64,000 bases of DNA. Source: Carcharhinus amblyrhynchos (Eukaryota). Below the pieces are notes generated by a model, which was not told the DNA's origin, ran no database searches, and saw only the letters and a list, made by a program, of their open reading frames with translations. Shown in pieces: positions 62,915 through 64,000 of the stretch (within the stretch, counting starts at the first letter, position 1; each line of letters starts with the position of its first letter). The stretch covers positions 89,528,001 to 89,592,000 of the forward strand of contig OZ336879.1 in NCBI GenBank assembly GCA_965287045.1. Reading direction: 5' to 3'. Position numbers and translations under genes: made by a program.

Positions 62915-63278
62915 ATGGCATGGTGGCACAGTGGTTAGCACTGTGGTCTCACAGTGCCTGAGACCCGGCTTCAATTCCAACCTTAAGTGACTGTGTGGAG
63001 TTTGCAGGTCCTTCCTGTGTCTGCGTGGGTTTCCTTCAGATGCTCCAGTTTCCTCCCACACTGCAAAGATGTGCAGGTTAGTTAGCATGGATTGGCCATG
63101 CTAAATTGTCCCTTAGTGTCCAAAGATTTGTAGGTTAGGTGGATTAGTGGTAAATGTGTGGGGTTACAGGGATAGGATGGGATATGGGCCTTGGTAAGAT
63201 GCTCTGTCAGAGAGTCGGTGCAGACTCAATGGGCCAAATGGCCTCCTTCTACACTTTAGAGATTCTATGACCCTATGA
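62915..63278 (+). mobile_element. V-SINE, tail A
   Basis: Head, core and tail. Confidence 0.83.
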
Positions 63279-63754
63279 CAATGGAAATAATCTCACAGTG
63301 TCTACCCTAACCAAAACTCCTCAGAACTTTGTAGGTTTCAATGACATCTTCCTATCTCCATAGAAGATAAACCCAATTTACTCAGCCTCTCCTCATAAGA
63401 CAATCCTGTCTCTCAGGGACCAATTGCGTGAACCTTCATTGTACCGCCTCCAATGCAAATATATTATTTCTCCAATGTAGAGACGAAAACAGTAATCTAG
63501 GTGTAATCTCATCTAAACCCTTGTGGGACTGTAGTAAGACTGCTTTATTCTTGTACACCAATTCCCTTGCAATAAAGGTCAAAATTTTTATCAGTTAACG
63601 ACTGAGCACTTGGATTTCTCTTTAAATGCTACCAGTCCCTAACAGGATTGTAACATAAGATTAATTGAAGATAATGTTATAACCAGTGACATTAGTGCAT
63701 TTCTAATGATTTTAATGGCGAATTGTTCCATTTGATACAAAAAACGCCTCTACT

Positions 63755-64000
63755 TTCTCAGAAGACAAAGGAAATTTGCCATGTCAGTTACGACTCTCAC
63801 AACCTTTTACAGATGCACCATAGAAAGCATTTTTTCTGTTTGTACCACAGTTTGGTATGGCTCCTGCTCTGCCTGAGGCCACAAGAAACGCTATAAGGTC
63901 ATGAATGTAGCCCAATCCATCACGCAAACCAGCCTCCCATCCATGGACTCTGTCTACACTTCCCGCTGCCTCGGCAAAGCAGCCAGCATAATTAAGGACC
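63755..64000 (+). mobile_element. Rex1/Babar LINE ORF fragment running off the window end
   Basis: Encodes FYRCTIESIFSVCTTVWYGSCS...QTSLPSMDSVYTSRCLGKAASIIKD. Confidence 0.8.

Noticed and set aside
2643-63088. Dozens of similar short ORFs (DCGRKPEHPEETH, WLALLPHSARDPGS, FGLWEETGAPGGNP)
   Set aside because: All are frames of the same V-SINE and not a protein family.

Overview
Eukaryotic, repeat-rich vertebrate DNA, most likely from a shark or ray, judged by the HE1-like V-SINEs and the CR1, Rex1/Babar and Penelope repeats. No prokaryotic operons or CRISPR arrays are present. The one protein-coding gene is a 5'-truncated, plus-strand CRACDL (KIAA1211L; CRACD family). Eight coding exons (2278-2416, 8233-8394, 15751-15819, 24462-24713, 25938-27555, 40925-41112, 49600-49744, 53521-53684) join by GT-AG sites with compatible phases into 911 codons plus TAA. 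A repeat-poor 3' UTR of about 2-2.6 kb follows. Almost every other ORF in the supplied track is a SINE/LINE or low-complexity artefact. The main oddities are non-coding: (1) Penelope-type fold-back insertions carrying a minimal hammerhead-ribozyme motif, one copy with an intact core; (2) one V-SINE body with two alternative 3' tails, one CR1-like and one that mimics the Rex1/Babar 3' stem-loop with a compensatory base pair; (3) an intronic tRNA-Met body with a CAC anticodon and a Pol III terminator; (4) solo LTRs, a fragmented Gypsy gag, reciprocal SINE nesting and a locally templated insertion. Exon, tRNA, LTR and hammerhead coordinates were counted exactly; other repeat boundaries are approximate (about +/-20 bp). 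Family names come from recall, not database searches, and novelty is unverified.
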